A DNA stretch of 64,000 bases from Vicugna vicugna. Lineage: Eukaryota. Under the pieces are notes generated by a model, which saw only the letters and a program-made list of their open reading frames with translations, searched no databases and was not told the origin of the DNA. Both the position numbers and the translations under genes were made by a program. The stretch covers positions 434,001 through 498,000 of the forward strand of contig MU057651.1 of assembly GCA_013265495.1 (NCBI GenBank), given 5' to 3'. Shown here one piece after another: positions 1 through 10,530 of this stretch. Every line of letters begins with the position of its first letter. Positions within the stretch are counted from its first letter, which is position 1.

Positions 1-154
1 GCAATGCTTCACTGTTTTAAATTTTAAAGACAAAATCTCCTACTAGTCACATAGAATGACAGAATTGAAGTAAAACTGTTAAAGAGGGCCTGGAGGTCAG
101 ATATAGGGGAAGTCAGAAAGCTTTTGTTTTGCTCATGAAGAAGTAAACTATCAT

Positions 155-469
155 CATGTGAGAATGGCATTGAGCAGGAGGCTTTTAGGAGCTGAGAGCA
201 GCCCCTGGCTGACAGTCAGCAAGAAAACGAGGACCTCAGTCTTATAACCACAAGCAACTGAATTCTGATGACAACCTGAATGATCTTGGAAGAAAACCCA
301 GGTGAGAACTGCAATACAGCTGATACCTTGATTGCAGCCTTGTGACACTCTTGAGCAGAGGTCGCAGATAAGCTCTGCAGGGACTCCAGATCCCTGGAAA
401 ATGTGAGATAATGAACGGGTGTTGTTTTAAGCTGCTAAATGTGTTATACAGCAGTAGAAAACTACTACA
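155..469 (+). mobile_element. MaLR LTR fragment (MLT1 family)
   Basis: MLT1-type motifs ggacctcagtcttataaccacaagcaactgaattctg and terminal tgttgttttaagctgctaaat...gcagtagaaaactactaca. Confidence 0.75.
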
Positions 470-904
470 CAAACTTGCTGTGGGAGTGGGATGGAGCAGC
501 TGAGATGCAGTTAGCATGTGGGGGTCTATGTTTTTCATTTGAATTTGTGAGTTTGCTGTTGCTAAAGGACTGTGAACTGAATAACTGAATAACCCAGTAA
601 CAATATGAAGTCTCTGAAGGGCAGTGCACTCAATTCCAACCTTGTACTAAGTCAGTGGACTTGAAGACAGAGACAAAACTGATGTTCAGAGACAGACACT
701 GTGGGTATACTAGTAGGGCAAGCTGGTAATGCCCCCTGAAGAGGCTCTCCATGCCCAAAGATAGAAACTGGGCCACCACCTAATTGGACATATGAAGTTG
801 GAAGATAGTTATCTGTTAGGGGAGATTTTTGGGTGGTGTGAAGAATATTATTTGAGTACATAAAAATTTTAAAAATCCTTTATATCAAAAGACACCATAA
901 ACCA

Positions 905-1050
905 GTATTTTGTTGTGCATAGACTCGATCCATGGGGAGCTTGTTAAAAATACAGATTTTGTGGACACCACCCCAAAACTACTAAATCAGATTTGCTAGT
1001 GGGTGGGACTCAGAACTCTGCATTTTAACACTGGCCAGGTGACTCACATA
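905..1050. mobile_element. MER5-like hAT-Charlie DNA transposon
   Basis: ggggagcttgttaaaaatacagatt...aaatcagatt...ctctgcattttaaca...caggtga. Confidence 0.65.
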
Positions 1051-1142
1051 AGTGCTAATATTTGAAATTCACTGAGGTAATCCTTCACCCTCTGCAGTTC
1101 AAAAAAAATGCAGATGGAGGGCCCCTCCATTTGTATTTTAAA

Positions 1143-1210
1143 AAGAGAAAGAGGGAGGGAGAGAGAGAAGAAGGAGGAAGAGGAGGCGGAGGGGGAGGAG
1201 GAGGAGGAAA
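1143..1210 (+). repeat. Purine-rich (GA/GGA) low-complexity tract
   Basis: gagagagaagaaggaggaagaggaggcggagggggaggaggaggagg. Confidence 0.85.
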
Positions 1211-1579
1211 GAAATGCCCAGTTATTGAAGATGTGTACTAAAGATTGAAGATGTGCTCCATTGTCAAAGAATAAAGCCATGTGCACCACACAGAATATTT
1301 AACATCTCTGTGAAGCATTTTCATTCCCACTTCTCCCTCAACCCTATCATTTTCATACCCAGGGGTGACTGCTAGAGCAGGTGGAGGTGACAGGAAACTG
1401 GACTCAAGCAGCCTCATTTGGCAAGTGAATCACAACAGGAAGGGGCTTCAATTCCTGCTTATCTTCTCTTACTGGAATATAGTATTAGACTCAAAGACAA
1501 AGCTCAGATTGATGCAGTCCCCACCCCACCCTTCTCCTGGCTTCTTTTCTATAAGTCATGCTTTCAGTGTTTGGAGTCT

Positions 1580-1945
1580 GGCAGCTGCAAGGCCTGGTTG
1601 CTAGGTAACAATTTCCCAGCACAAAGAACCCTCAGCTGGGAAGGTCAGGTCTGTCAGTGTGAAACAGCTGTACAGAATTTTTATTTGTCTTCCTCTTGTT
1701 TTGGTTAATCACAGGGCATGAAACCAGAATCAAACTTTTCATAGAAATGAAAAATGCTGGAGGATACCAGTTCAGCTGCTGCTGCTGCTGCTTTTTTGCT
1801 GCTCTTAAAATCACAGACTTTCTACTCTGGCTCAATAGAGCCCCAACAAGCTTGGCAGGCTGCAGGTGGAGGCGGGAGGTGGAGGGGTCAGTTGTCCCTT
1901 AGCCTCTTAGCATCTGGGCGGGGGAGGGCATAGCTGAGTCATGAG
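1580..1945. promoter_or_regulatory. Candidate intronic enhancer (RFX X-box, clustered E-boxes, GC box, AP-1)
   Basis: GTTGCTAGGTAAC 1597-1609; CAGCTG at 1582, 1633, 1665, 1773; CAGGTG 1863; CATCTG 1911; GGGCGGGG 1916; TGAGTCA 1935. Sequence appears non-repetitive. Motif evidence only. Confidence 0.4.
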
Positions 1946-1994
1946 CTGAGAAGGTAACTCCCTTTTTTCAAATTGACCAGCAGTTTCCTAGGAT

Positions 1995-2113
1995 TAGAAT
2001 TGCTAGATTAAATACAGGACACCCAGTTAAATTTGACTTGCAGGTAAATAATGAGAAGTTCAAATTTAACTGTAGTTTTTTTTGTTTGTTTGTTTGCTAA
2101 ATCTGACAACCCT
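1995..2113. mobile_element. MER53-like hAT element, internally deleted
   Basis: aaatacaggacacccagttaaatttga...ttcaaatttaactg...ttgctaaatctgacaaccct; palindromic layout. Confidence 0.6.
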
Positions 2114-2379
2114 ACCTAACATGCAGTCAACTTGGTGTGAATTTTGCCTGGGATTGATACCAAAAGAGTAATAGAAGTAGAGACAGACCCATTCTGGTAT
2201 TGTTATGGAGGGTTAAGCCTCAGCCCTGACTTGGCAGTGCTTTGACCAGTATGCTAGAAGCTGAAGTCAGAGGCAGTTTTGTATGGAGTCACACAAAGAA
2301 AAGGCTGAATTCATTTCTATTGCTGTTACCTTCCCCTATGGTTTTCCATTACATGCTACCCTAGTGATTAAAACTAATT

Positions 2380-2530
2380 GCGGTGCTCTGGTATAAAAAC
2401 ACATGATTGGAAATCAGGAGGCCTGAGTTGTGGAACTCGACAGATCGACTGTTAACCAGCTGTGTGATCTTGGACAAGTCACTGCTCTTTTAGGTTCTCA
2501 GTTGCCTTTCCCATGCCCTAAAAGGGGCTG
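2380..2530 (+). mobile_element. MIR SINE fragment
   Basis: MIR core cagctgtgtgatcttggacaagtcact...ctcagtt. Confidence 0.6.
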
Positions 2531-2535
2531 GACTA

Positions 2536-2719
2536 GAGCATGGTTTCCAAAGTGCTGCTCCTCCATCAACAGCATCAACATCACTTGGGTATTTGTTAGA
2601 AGTGCAGATTATCAGATTACGACACCTTCTAAATCAGAAACTCTGGGGGTGGGGCCCTCAAATTGGCTTAATAAACCCTCCAGGTGATTCTGATGCAAGC
2701 TCACATTTAAGAACCACTG
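2536..2719. mobile_element. MER5A hAT-Charlie DNA transposon
   Basis: cagcatcaacatcacttggg...aaatcagaaactctgggggtggggccc...ccctccaggtgattctgatgca...aagaaccactg. Confidence 0.8.
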
Positions 2720-3355
2720 AGCTAGAGCATTTGTACAGCTCTTACTTTCATTGATTCTGTTTGGCAAAGCCCCAGTGGCCAGCTAGTTATTTGAAATGGC
2801 GTGTTCTCCTCATTCTTACCCTCCTTAGGGATTTATTCCAAATCAGTTTGGGCTCCATTTCATAGCACAGAAATCTCTGTTACATTGCCACATTTATTTG
2901 CCCTTGTAGCCTCTCTTATTTTCATACATTCCTTCTCCTCCTGAGGCAAGGACTTTTAAGGACCATTTCGCTAGAAGGCCAGTGTCAAAGTGAAGGTTTC
3001 TGCAAGGGCCAGCAAAGTTTCCAACTGGTGTGTGCAGGCCCCCTTTCATCACTAGACTAACGGCTCTGTCTATGGGAGTGCTGATATGCAGAAATAACTG
3101 GTTAAGGATATATTTCAATCCACTTAAGTTGTTTTGAACCATGGCTGCCTTCAATTCTGGTTTTTCCTTAAAACCCTGTTTCCTAAAGCCCCTCCCCTGC
3201 CTCATTCCAGGTTCTTACTATAGAACAGTATAGAACTCCACCCCCACTGTTTTCATAAATACCTGGTAACTACTAGAGGGAAGCAAAATCAAGAGGAGAA
3301 GCTCAGGGAGCTAATATGCCCCATAGCCTGTTTCCCACAATAACTGGCAGCCTGT

Positions 3356-3376
3356 GGTGTTGTCCATGGTGCTGAA
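3356..3376 (-). promoter_or_regulatory. RE1/NRSE (REST/NRSF binding site)
   Basis: Reverse complement TTCAGCACCATGGACAACACC versus canonical TTCAGCACCACGGACAGCGCC: 18/21 identical, intact left half-site and canonical 2-bp spacer, in an intron of a neuronal gene. Confidence 0.8.
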
Positions 3377-6239
3377 TTTTATTGTCGATCCCAACTTTGG
3401 AAATCTTTGTGGGAAATGTAGGGAAAGGAGGGGAAGTTGGTTTGTTGTAGTAGTCTATCCTTTGTTTCATTTCTCCCTGGAGCCAACCTAATGAATTTGA
3501 TAATCACATCATGCCACTTAGTCAAGATGACCAAGGCAAGTATATTTTTTTATAGACCAGTGCCTTTCTCTGGTGCTTTTCTAGTGGAGTAGCAGGGAAA
3601 GGTGCTCGTAGCTTGGGTAACTATATTTTATTCTGACAGAGAAGACTCATTGTAAAGTATGTGCTTACTTAAGAGCACTGTATCATTCCCCAAGTGCTTC
3701 ACTGTAAATAAAAATGAGTGGGGAGAACACTAAGATATGAAGTTAGCAATCAAGATTCTAGAGTAGGACCCACAAATCACCTTAACCACCTAGCAACCTG
3801 AAGATAAGGAAACCCAAGAATGATGCCTTAGTGCTGTGTAGGTTATTCACAGAAAGCTTCTTAAATCTACCCTGGGCTATTCTTGAGTGGGTGGATAGTG
3901 GGACTCAGATAATTAGAAGAGATTAGCCTCACTCTAAAACCTCTCCCAGCCCTGCTCAATGGGCCTTAGTTTTCTTCACCTCTTTTGGGGTTATAGCATG
4001 GGCTCTACTTCAATAACTTTAGGGGCAAACTCCTTTGTGTCCATAGTGGTGGTGTATCCTGCATAGTCACCTACTCTCAAATTTCAGTGTAATTTTTTGG
4101 ATTCTGTTAATCACTTAAGGGATCAAAGTAGGAAAGGACAGATGCAGGGAGCCCATAGTTATTACTCTGAGACTGGGTTTGTCTAGAAGAGAACAAGGCT
4201 TGATATATCCAATTCCGAATCTCTTTAAAGTGTTACATTCAATTATAGATTATGACCCTAAGTTACTAAGCCTCTCTGAGCCTCAGTTGTATTATCTGCA
4301 AAATAAGTACAATGATACTTACTAGGTAGTGTTTATTGAGTAGTTACAATATGCCAGACACTATCCCTACTTCACAAGTCTCTTGTGATAGTTAGATATA
4401 GCTGTTATAAAGTTCCTGGTGCAAAATAGTCACTCAGAAATGACATCTATTAATATTATTATTGATTTAAAAATTTACTTTACTTCTGAAGGGACCTGGA
4501 TTCTGTTGGGCCATGCGTGGTAGATTGGACTCTTGGGCCAGGAGTTGATGTTATCTAATGCTAGCTCATAGCAGGTCTGACAGATGTGTCCCAGGAACCA
4601 CAATTATTCCTGGGAAGAAGAGTAAATACAACCAATTCTTCCCATTTCTTGGCTCAGCAAATACTGTTTTTATGTATTAATAACCTGAATGAGGACCAGA
4701 GCAATCCCTAAGATTTTTGACTCCTTCGGTTGAGAAGCCAAGTATCCACACACAAAATCCCTAAAGGACTGAGTCAGTCATTGTAGGTCAGTAGTCACAC
4801 AAATATCTTGTCTCTCTCCTGTGGAATCGGGAACCAGAGAAGGTATTTCTGGTGGCTTAAACTCAGTTCCTGTGTTCCTACAGCTCTGTACCCAAATGGA
4901 ATGCTCAGTTGCTTTGGGACTAGAAGGATAATAGAAGGATAATGGGTAGAAAGGCCAGTTTTGTTGTGTTTTGGCCACAAGTCCAGTTATCAAATGTTAT
5001 CAAATCATAGTAGTGATTACTCTGGGGACATTAACTCTGTGGGTGTTGTGATAATGGAACATTGACCTTCCTGACAGAGAACCTCACTTCACTGCATTGT
5101 GTTATCAGCTTTACACTATTGGAAAGAATCTCTTGATTGCTGACTTCATCGTCAACCCCAGGCACTCGTTTAGCTAAATTGCCATCTATTTCCCTTCCCT
5201 GGTGAAAGGGTTCCTAATAGCCTTCACATGATTAAAAGAAGCCTGGCAATCTGAGATTCCAAAGGAAATACTGAGCTTGAAGTCTCAGCACCCCTCCTCA
5301 TCTTCTTCCCACTCTCTTTGCTGCCTGCCTGCTGAACAGAGCTTCCAAAGCTTTGAAATTGATTTACCAGCCATTCGTAGGTTTCCTGATGGTGATAAAA
5401 GGAGTACTGTTCTGATTTTAGCTGTCGCCTTGCTTCCTCTTAAGGCTGAGCTACAGAGTTTACAACTAGACACCCATCTGCTACCTTGCCCAGAGCATGC
5501 TATTCTCTTCCCTTTGCCAACCAACTAGTATCATCTAGCCTGTTAGAAATGAGTGGCCCAATAAGGAATACTGAAGGGTAAGATGGCTCTGTGTGATGCT
5601 GCCTTACTTAGGAAGAAAATGGGCTCTGATGTGCATAAAAAGCCACCTTGAATGGGTATGGATAATTGTCCAATTTAATGGGATTTTCATTAGGGAGGAA
5701 GAGTAGCATAATACAGCTTGAGTGAGCCCTGCTCATTCTCTGGTTCTGTGGAGATGTTAATCATGCAGCTCCTGGCAAGTCTGTCAGAGCTGGAGCGGAT
5801 GATGTAACTGATTTTCCAGCAAGCCCTTTGTCTGAGTGACTGCAGCACAGCTGCAGAACAGAGCGCCAGGGAGCTGAATGTGTTAATGGGAAAAAAAGCA
5901 CTTTGCCTAGTTCTTTCTTCCAGAGGGATGTTGTCACTGGGCGCTTTGTGTGTTCGTCAGCACAGTGGCTGGTCTTATTGCTGATGTTTCTTAAAGTCAC
6001 AATGGAACGGGCATTATTAGGAATGCTGGAGATAGAGATGCTCACGCCAAGGTGTGGACCAGCAACACTGGGCTGTTGAAATATTTTAGCTTTTTCTGTG
6101 TTTGGGTTAAAGGTCCCATGCCTTCATTTGGACTCTGTAACTGAATAAATTATAAGTAATAGGTAAATATGTATAATACAGTGTGCATGTAATAAATATA
6201 TAGCATTTTTGAGCTCTTACTATGTGTGTCAGGCATACA

Positions 6240-6690
6240 GAAGGAAGTGTAGGGGTTAACAGTGTGGGAGTGTGGTCCTTAGAATCAAAGTACTTTGGGA
6301 TTATATTCTGGCTCTTTCAATCATTAGCTTTGTGATTCTGGGCAAGGTACTTACCCTTTCTAAGCCTCTTTTCCTATCAGTCATGGGGATCCTAATAGCA
6401 GGGAGGATGAGATGAGATAATCCATGCAATTAGCTTAGTGCCTAGCCAGTTGTAAGCACGTTAACTTAATAAACGTTAACTTTATTACTGATTTATTTAT
6501 GTTACCTCATTTAAGTCTCCCAACTGACCTGGTGTGGTAGCTACTAGCATGATCCCTATTTTATAGGTGAGGAAATGGGTTCATAGATGTTAATGTGCCT
6601 AAAATCTCACAGATAGCAATTGTTGAGCTGGACTTGGCCTCAAGCTAGCTGACTCCAGAGCTGTTACCCAACAAGCTCTACTGCCTCAGT
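6240..6690. mobile_element. Two adjacent MIR fragments in opposite orientations
   Basis: ctgggcaaggtacttaccctttctaagcctc (+) and ccctattttataggtgaggaaatggg (-). Confidence 0.6.
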
Positions 6691-6764
6691 TACAAAGGGC
6701 TGGGAGCTTGAATTTGCCTGGCTCTCTTTAAGGGGTTCGCCTCATTGGCTGCACATTGAAATCG

Positions 6765-7193
6765 TCTGGAAAAAATCAGAACGGAACGGTGATTGCCCCT
6801 CAGGGGTGGGGGTGAGTATTTACTGGGAAGATGCATGAGGAGATTTTGCTATATCTTGATAAGGGTTTGCATTATACAGGTTTATGCATTTGTCAAAGCT
6901 CATCAAATGGTACATTTTACAATTTATACATTTCACTGTATGTAAATGTTGTCTAGAAAAAAAGGAACCTGAAACAAATATTGAATTCTAATTAATTATA
7001 TGCCTGCAGAAGTGTTTAAGGTGAAGTATACTAATGTCTACAACCTATTTTGAAATGTATCAAAAAATAAGATGGGTTGATAGAGGGATAGGTATATGAT
7101 AAAGCAGTATAGCAAATGCTAGTTATGGAATCTAAGTGATACAGACTCTATTGTATGCTTGAATGTGTGCCAAATAAAATGTTGGAAAAATAA
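6765..7193 (+). mobile_element. Old L1 (L1M) 3' end inserted into a MER5-like element (host halves about 6731-6763 and 7194-7320)
   Basis: L1 3'UTR motifs (gcatttgtcaaagctcatcaaatggtaca, aataaaatgttggaaaaa). Host MER5 reads ggctgcacattgaaatc | attagaatcacttggggagcttttt across the insertion. Confidence 0.7.
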
Positions 7194-8758
7194 ATTAGAA
7201 TCACTTGGGGAGCTTTTTAAAAATATTGATGAATATGATCCCCTCAGAGTTTCAGAAATAAGTTAGTCTGGAGTAGGGTCTAGGTATGGGTTTAAAAAAA
7301 AAACTTACAAGGTGAATCGAAAGGCCTTTAAAACAAACACAATGTACTCTGGGCTCTCAAAGCCAATTCACAATAAGTGTCCCAATGATATGTCAGTCAG
7401 TGATAGCCCATCCCTTCTTCTCACTTGTATATCTCCACTCCCTACCCTCTGCCCCTAGCTTCAAACATTTCTTCTAACTGAAAGCAGCACTGGGCAGAAT
7501 TGTTATGAACAGTGTCAGCTAAATTATGGGTGGAAGTCACCTCCCTCTCCTACCCACTCCCATCTACTAGATCATTGCCCCAGTTTTTGCTCCACCTAGG
7601 CCTCCACTTTGCAGCTACTGAAAAGGCAGACACTCATCTTTTGGCTAAGTGGTGGACCAGAGAGTTAACATTGAACACAGGATATGGGACCATAAAAGGG
7701 AAAGGTCAAGATTACCTGGATTTTAGCTTTTGTCTTGTTGCCTCTTGTTTACAAGGAGCTGGCCTAGGATTGTGTTATCAAACAAGTATTATTTATGTTT
7801 CTTCTAGGGGAGCAGAAGCCCCAGGATCCGAGTTTCAGCTTGTGGGCTCTCCTAGGTGCACTTACCATATATTTTCTGCCAACCCTACTCAGGATCTCTC
7901 CCTCTCTCTCTCTCTTTCTCTCTCTATCCAGCCGCCACCCCCCCCTCCATTCAAGTTCCATGGATCTATAATGGCTTATACGTAGGGAAGAACTCATGTT
8001 GTAAATGACCCATAAGTTAAAGTCACATAAAAATAGTTCCTTTTGCAATCAATGTGCCAGGAGTCACAGGCTGCTGATTCAGCTGAAAGGCAGTGAACCA
8101 GGTCTTTTTATCATTGATGTAACTCATGGAGGAGATTGTTTCTCCCCTGCATATGGAAGGCAGCTCTGCCAGGAGAAGCCAGGAGTCCTTAATTAGACTG
8201 ACATATGGCCAAAGAAGGGTTATGTGAAATTTGTGTCAGACTAGAGTGGAATCATTTGGGGAACTAGTGCAGTCACCAGTAGTTCAGAGGGAAATGAAAT
8301 TTGAGCCATATGCTATATCAAGTCAAAATGGTTACTTCCAGAGTCTCCAAAATATAGGTAGGTGTAATGTTCCAAGATGTAAACCTATTAACCTGGCCTA
8401 GCCAGAAACAAAGTTGAATAGAAAAATAAATTTGCTTTTAATGGCTCCTTTCTACCTCCAACCATCACGTATTCTGTTAACATTCCCAGCAGCCCAGATT
8501 CTCCCAATGCCGTGGGCCTGCCCTACTCCAGAACTATACTCTGGGCCAGGGTTTTCCAAAAGATGGTAGACATTCCATCTGTGGTGCATGATATTTTTAC
8601 AGGCTTCCTAGATAAGCATTTCAAATTCTGATAGTTATGTTTGGTTTTAGATGTATTAGGGGAAAAAGCACATCAATCCTATTATTTCATCACTATTACT
8701 GCTTAGAATAAGGCTAATTTCTATTGACAAAAAAGTCATTTTTTTAAAAAGTTTATGT

Positions 8759-8846
8759 GGGGTGAGGTATAGCTCAGTAGTAGAACGTGTGCTTAGCATG
8801 CTTGAGGTCCTGGGTCCAATCCTGAGTACCTCCATTTAAAAAAAAA
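8759..8846 (+). mobile_element. tRNA-derived SINE (camelid Vic-1-like)
   Basis: A/B-box tRNA-like head ggtatagctcagtagtagaacgtgtgcttagcatgcttgaggtcctgggtccaatcc, A-tail, and TSD aaaaagt(t/a)tatgt on both sides. Confidence 0.85.
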
Positions 8847-8919
8847 GTATATGTGGAGATGGCAGAAGTTATAAAGGTGATACACAAATGACTGAAAATT
8901 AGTAAAGACTGCTATAGAC

Positions 8920-9145
8920 CAGTGGTTTTCAGTCAGAGTGATTTTGCCCCCCACATGGGATGTTTGACAATGTCTGGAGATGTTTTGTTATCACAATTTG
9001 AGAAAGGGGTGCTATTGATATCCAGTAGGTACAGACCAGGGAAACCAATAAACATACTACAACTTACAGAACAGTTCCCCCACCACCTGCTAAGAAAGAA
9101 TTAATTGGCCCCAAATGTCCTTAGTGCTAAGATTGAGAAATCCTG
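8920..9145 (+). mobile_element. MER20 hAT-Charlie DNA transposon
   Basis: cagtggttttc...gattttgcccc...caatgtctggaga...ggccccaaatgtc...ttgagaaatcctg. Confidence 0.8.
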
Positions 9146-9153
9146 CTGTAGAC

Positions 9154-9305
9154 CAGTGCTTCTCAGAAGTGCATACCTAGCAATCTTGTTAATGTGCAGC
9201 TTCTGATTCAGGAAGTCTGATGTGAGATCTGAGATTCTGCACTTCTGACAAGCCCTTAGGGGATGCCTGGGCTGCTGGTGCATGGACCGCACACTGAGTA
9301 ACAAG
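9154..9305. mobile_element. MER5A-like DNA transposon
   Basis: ttctgattcaggaagtctg...ctgagattctgcacttctgacaagccc...ggaccgcacactgagta. Confidence 0.7.
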
Positions 9306-10299
9306 GACCTGTAACTTTCTTATTTATACCTCTAACAAGTCCTCCTTATCTAGAGTTCCATCCTCTCAAGGCTCTGCTCAGGGTTTGGTTATTCTGAGAA
9401 ACTACTAAGGAGTAATGGCTGCAAGTAGGTTAACGTGTTTCTTGCAATTAGCAGAGCTATCAAATCCTTAAAATAAAGATTAATTTGGATGATAATTTCA
9501 GGAACTAAGCATAGCCAAAAAGAGAGATGCATTTTATTCTGGGGTACCTTTTGGAGAATAGACAGAATTTTCCATAGAAGCCACGTGTACTCAGGCTGCA
9601 TTTGTAGAAGCTGTTCTATTCATTTTCATACGCTTGATCCCCAGCACAGTGCCAAGTTCAAAATAGACACCCAAAATGTGTTCGTTGAACCGATTGACAG
9701 GTTATCTATAGCTCTGTAGATAGCTGCTAGAGCAGCAAAGGAAGGTGTCTACTGGGGTGGACCACTGTTGTGAACCCCTTCAAGGCCAGAAAAGAATCCC
9801 CTTCAGCATCTTTCCATTTGAATGGGTAGCACTAAATTGGATGCATCCTCTCAGAATATACTTCTTACCCCCTGGATGGCAGCAGGATCACTTAAAAAGT
9901 TCCTTGTTCTCACTCACCTTTGACGTAAGTTAGAAACCTATAGAGCAGAGTGAGTGTTGTATGTTGGGGTGGAGGGAATACTTTGTTCCTTTGTCAGAAA
10001 GGAAGTAAGGAAGTTTTCTGGTAAGGATTGAAGACCCAGGACCTAGGAGAAGGAACTGGACCAAAGAGGGGAATCACCCAGCAGTGCTAGCTTAATCTGT
10101 CAATGTACCTCTTCCTACTACCTTTGACTCTTGGAAATATGTGCTAATTGTTATGTGATTTGAGATGTGCCCACCATAGGGCCACCACTGCTCCACATGC
10201 TCCCTTTCATGGGCCTGCCACATACCTGCATGCACCGCTTTGTGGACCATCCCCTTGGATAATGCAGGTTTTCTAAAGGTTCTTCTTAAAATATATGGA

Positions 10300-10530
10300 A
10301 CTCTGTATAGAGAGAGTAGATTGGTTGGTTGCCTAGGGCTGGGGAGATTGGAGGGAAATGGAGAGTGATGGCTAATAGGTACAAGGCTTCTTTTTGGAGT
10401 GATGAAATTTTCGTGAAATTGATTGTGGTGATGGTTGCACAGCTCTGTGTGAATATAATAAACACACTGAATTGTATACTTCAAATGGGTAATTGTATAG
10501 TACGTGAAATATCTCAATAAAGCCATTATA
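10300..10530 (+). mobile_element. L1 (L1MB-like) 3' end
   Basis: gtagattggttggttgcctagggctggggag...ggtacaaggcttctttttggagtgatgaaa...atctcaataaagc. Confidence 0.85.

Noticed and set aside
1776..1792. (CTG)5 repeat
   Set aside because: Too short to be notable; the polyQ/polyC ORFs over it are spurious.
5860..5975. RE1-like half sites (GGAGCTGAA, TCAGCAC)
   Set aside because: No correctly spaced GGACAG half-site; consistent with chance.
7512..7985. 157-aa ORF
   Set aside because: Non-ATG start, includes a CT repeat, and no recognisable homology.
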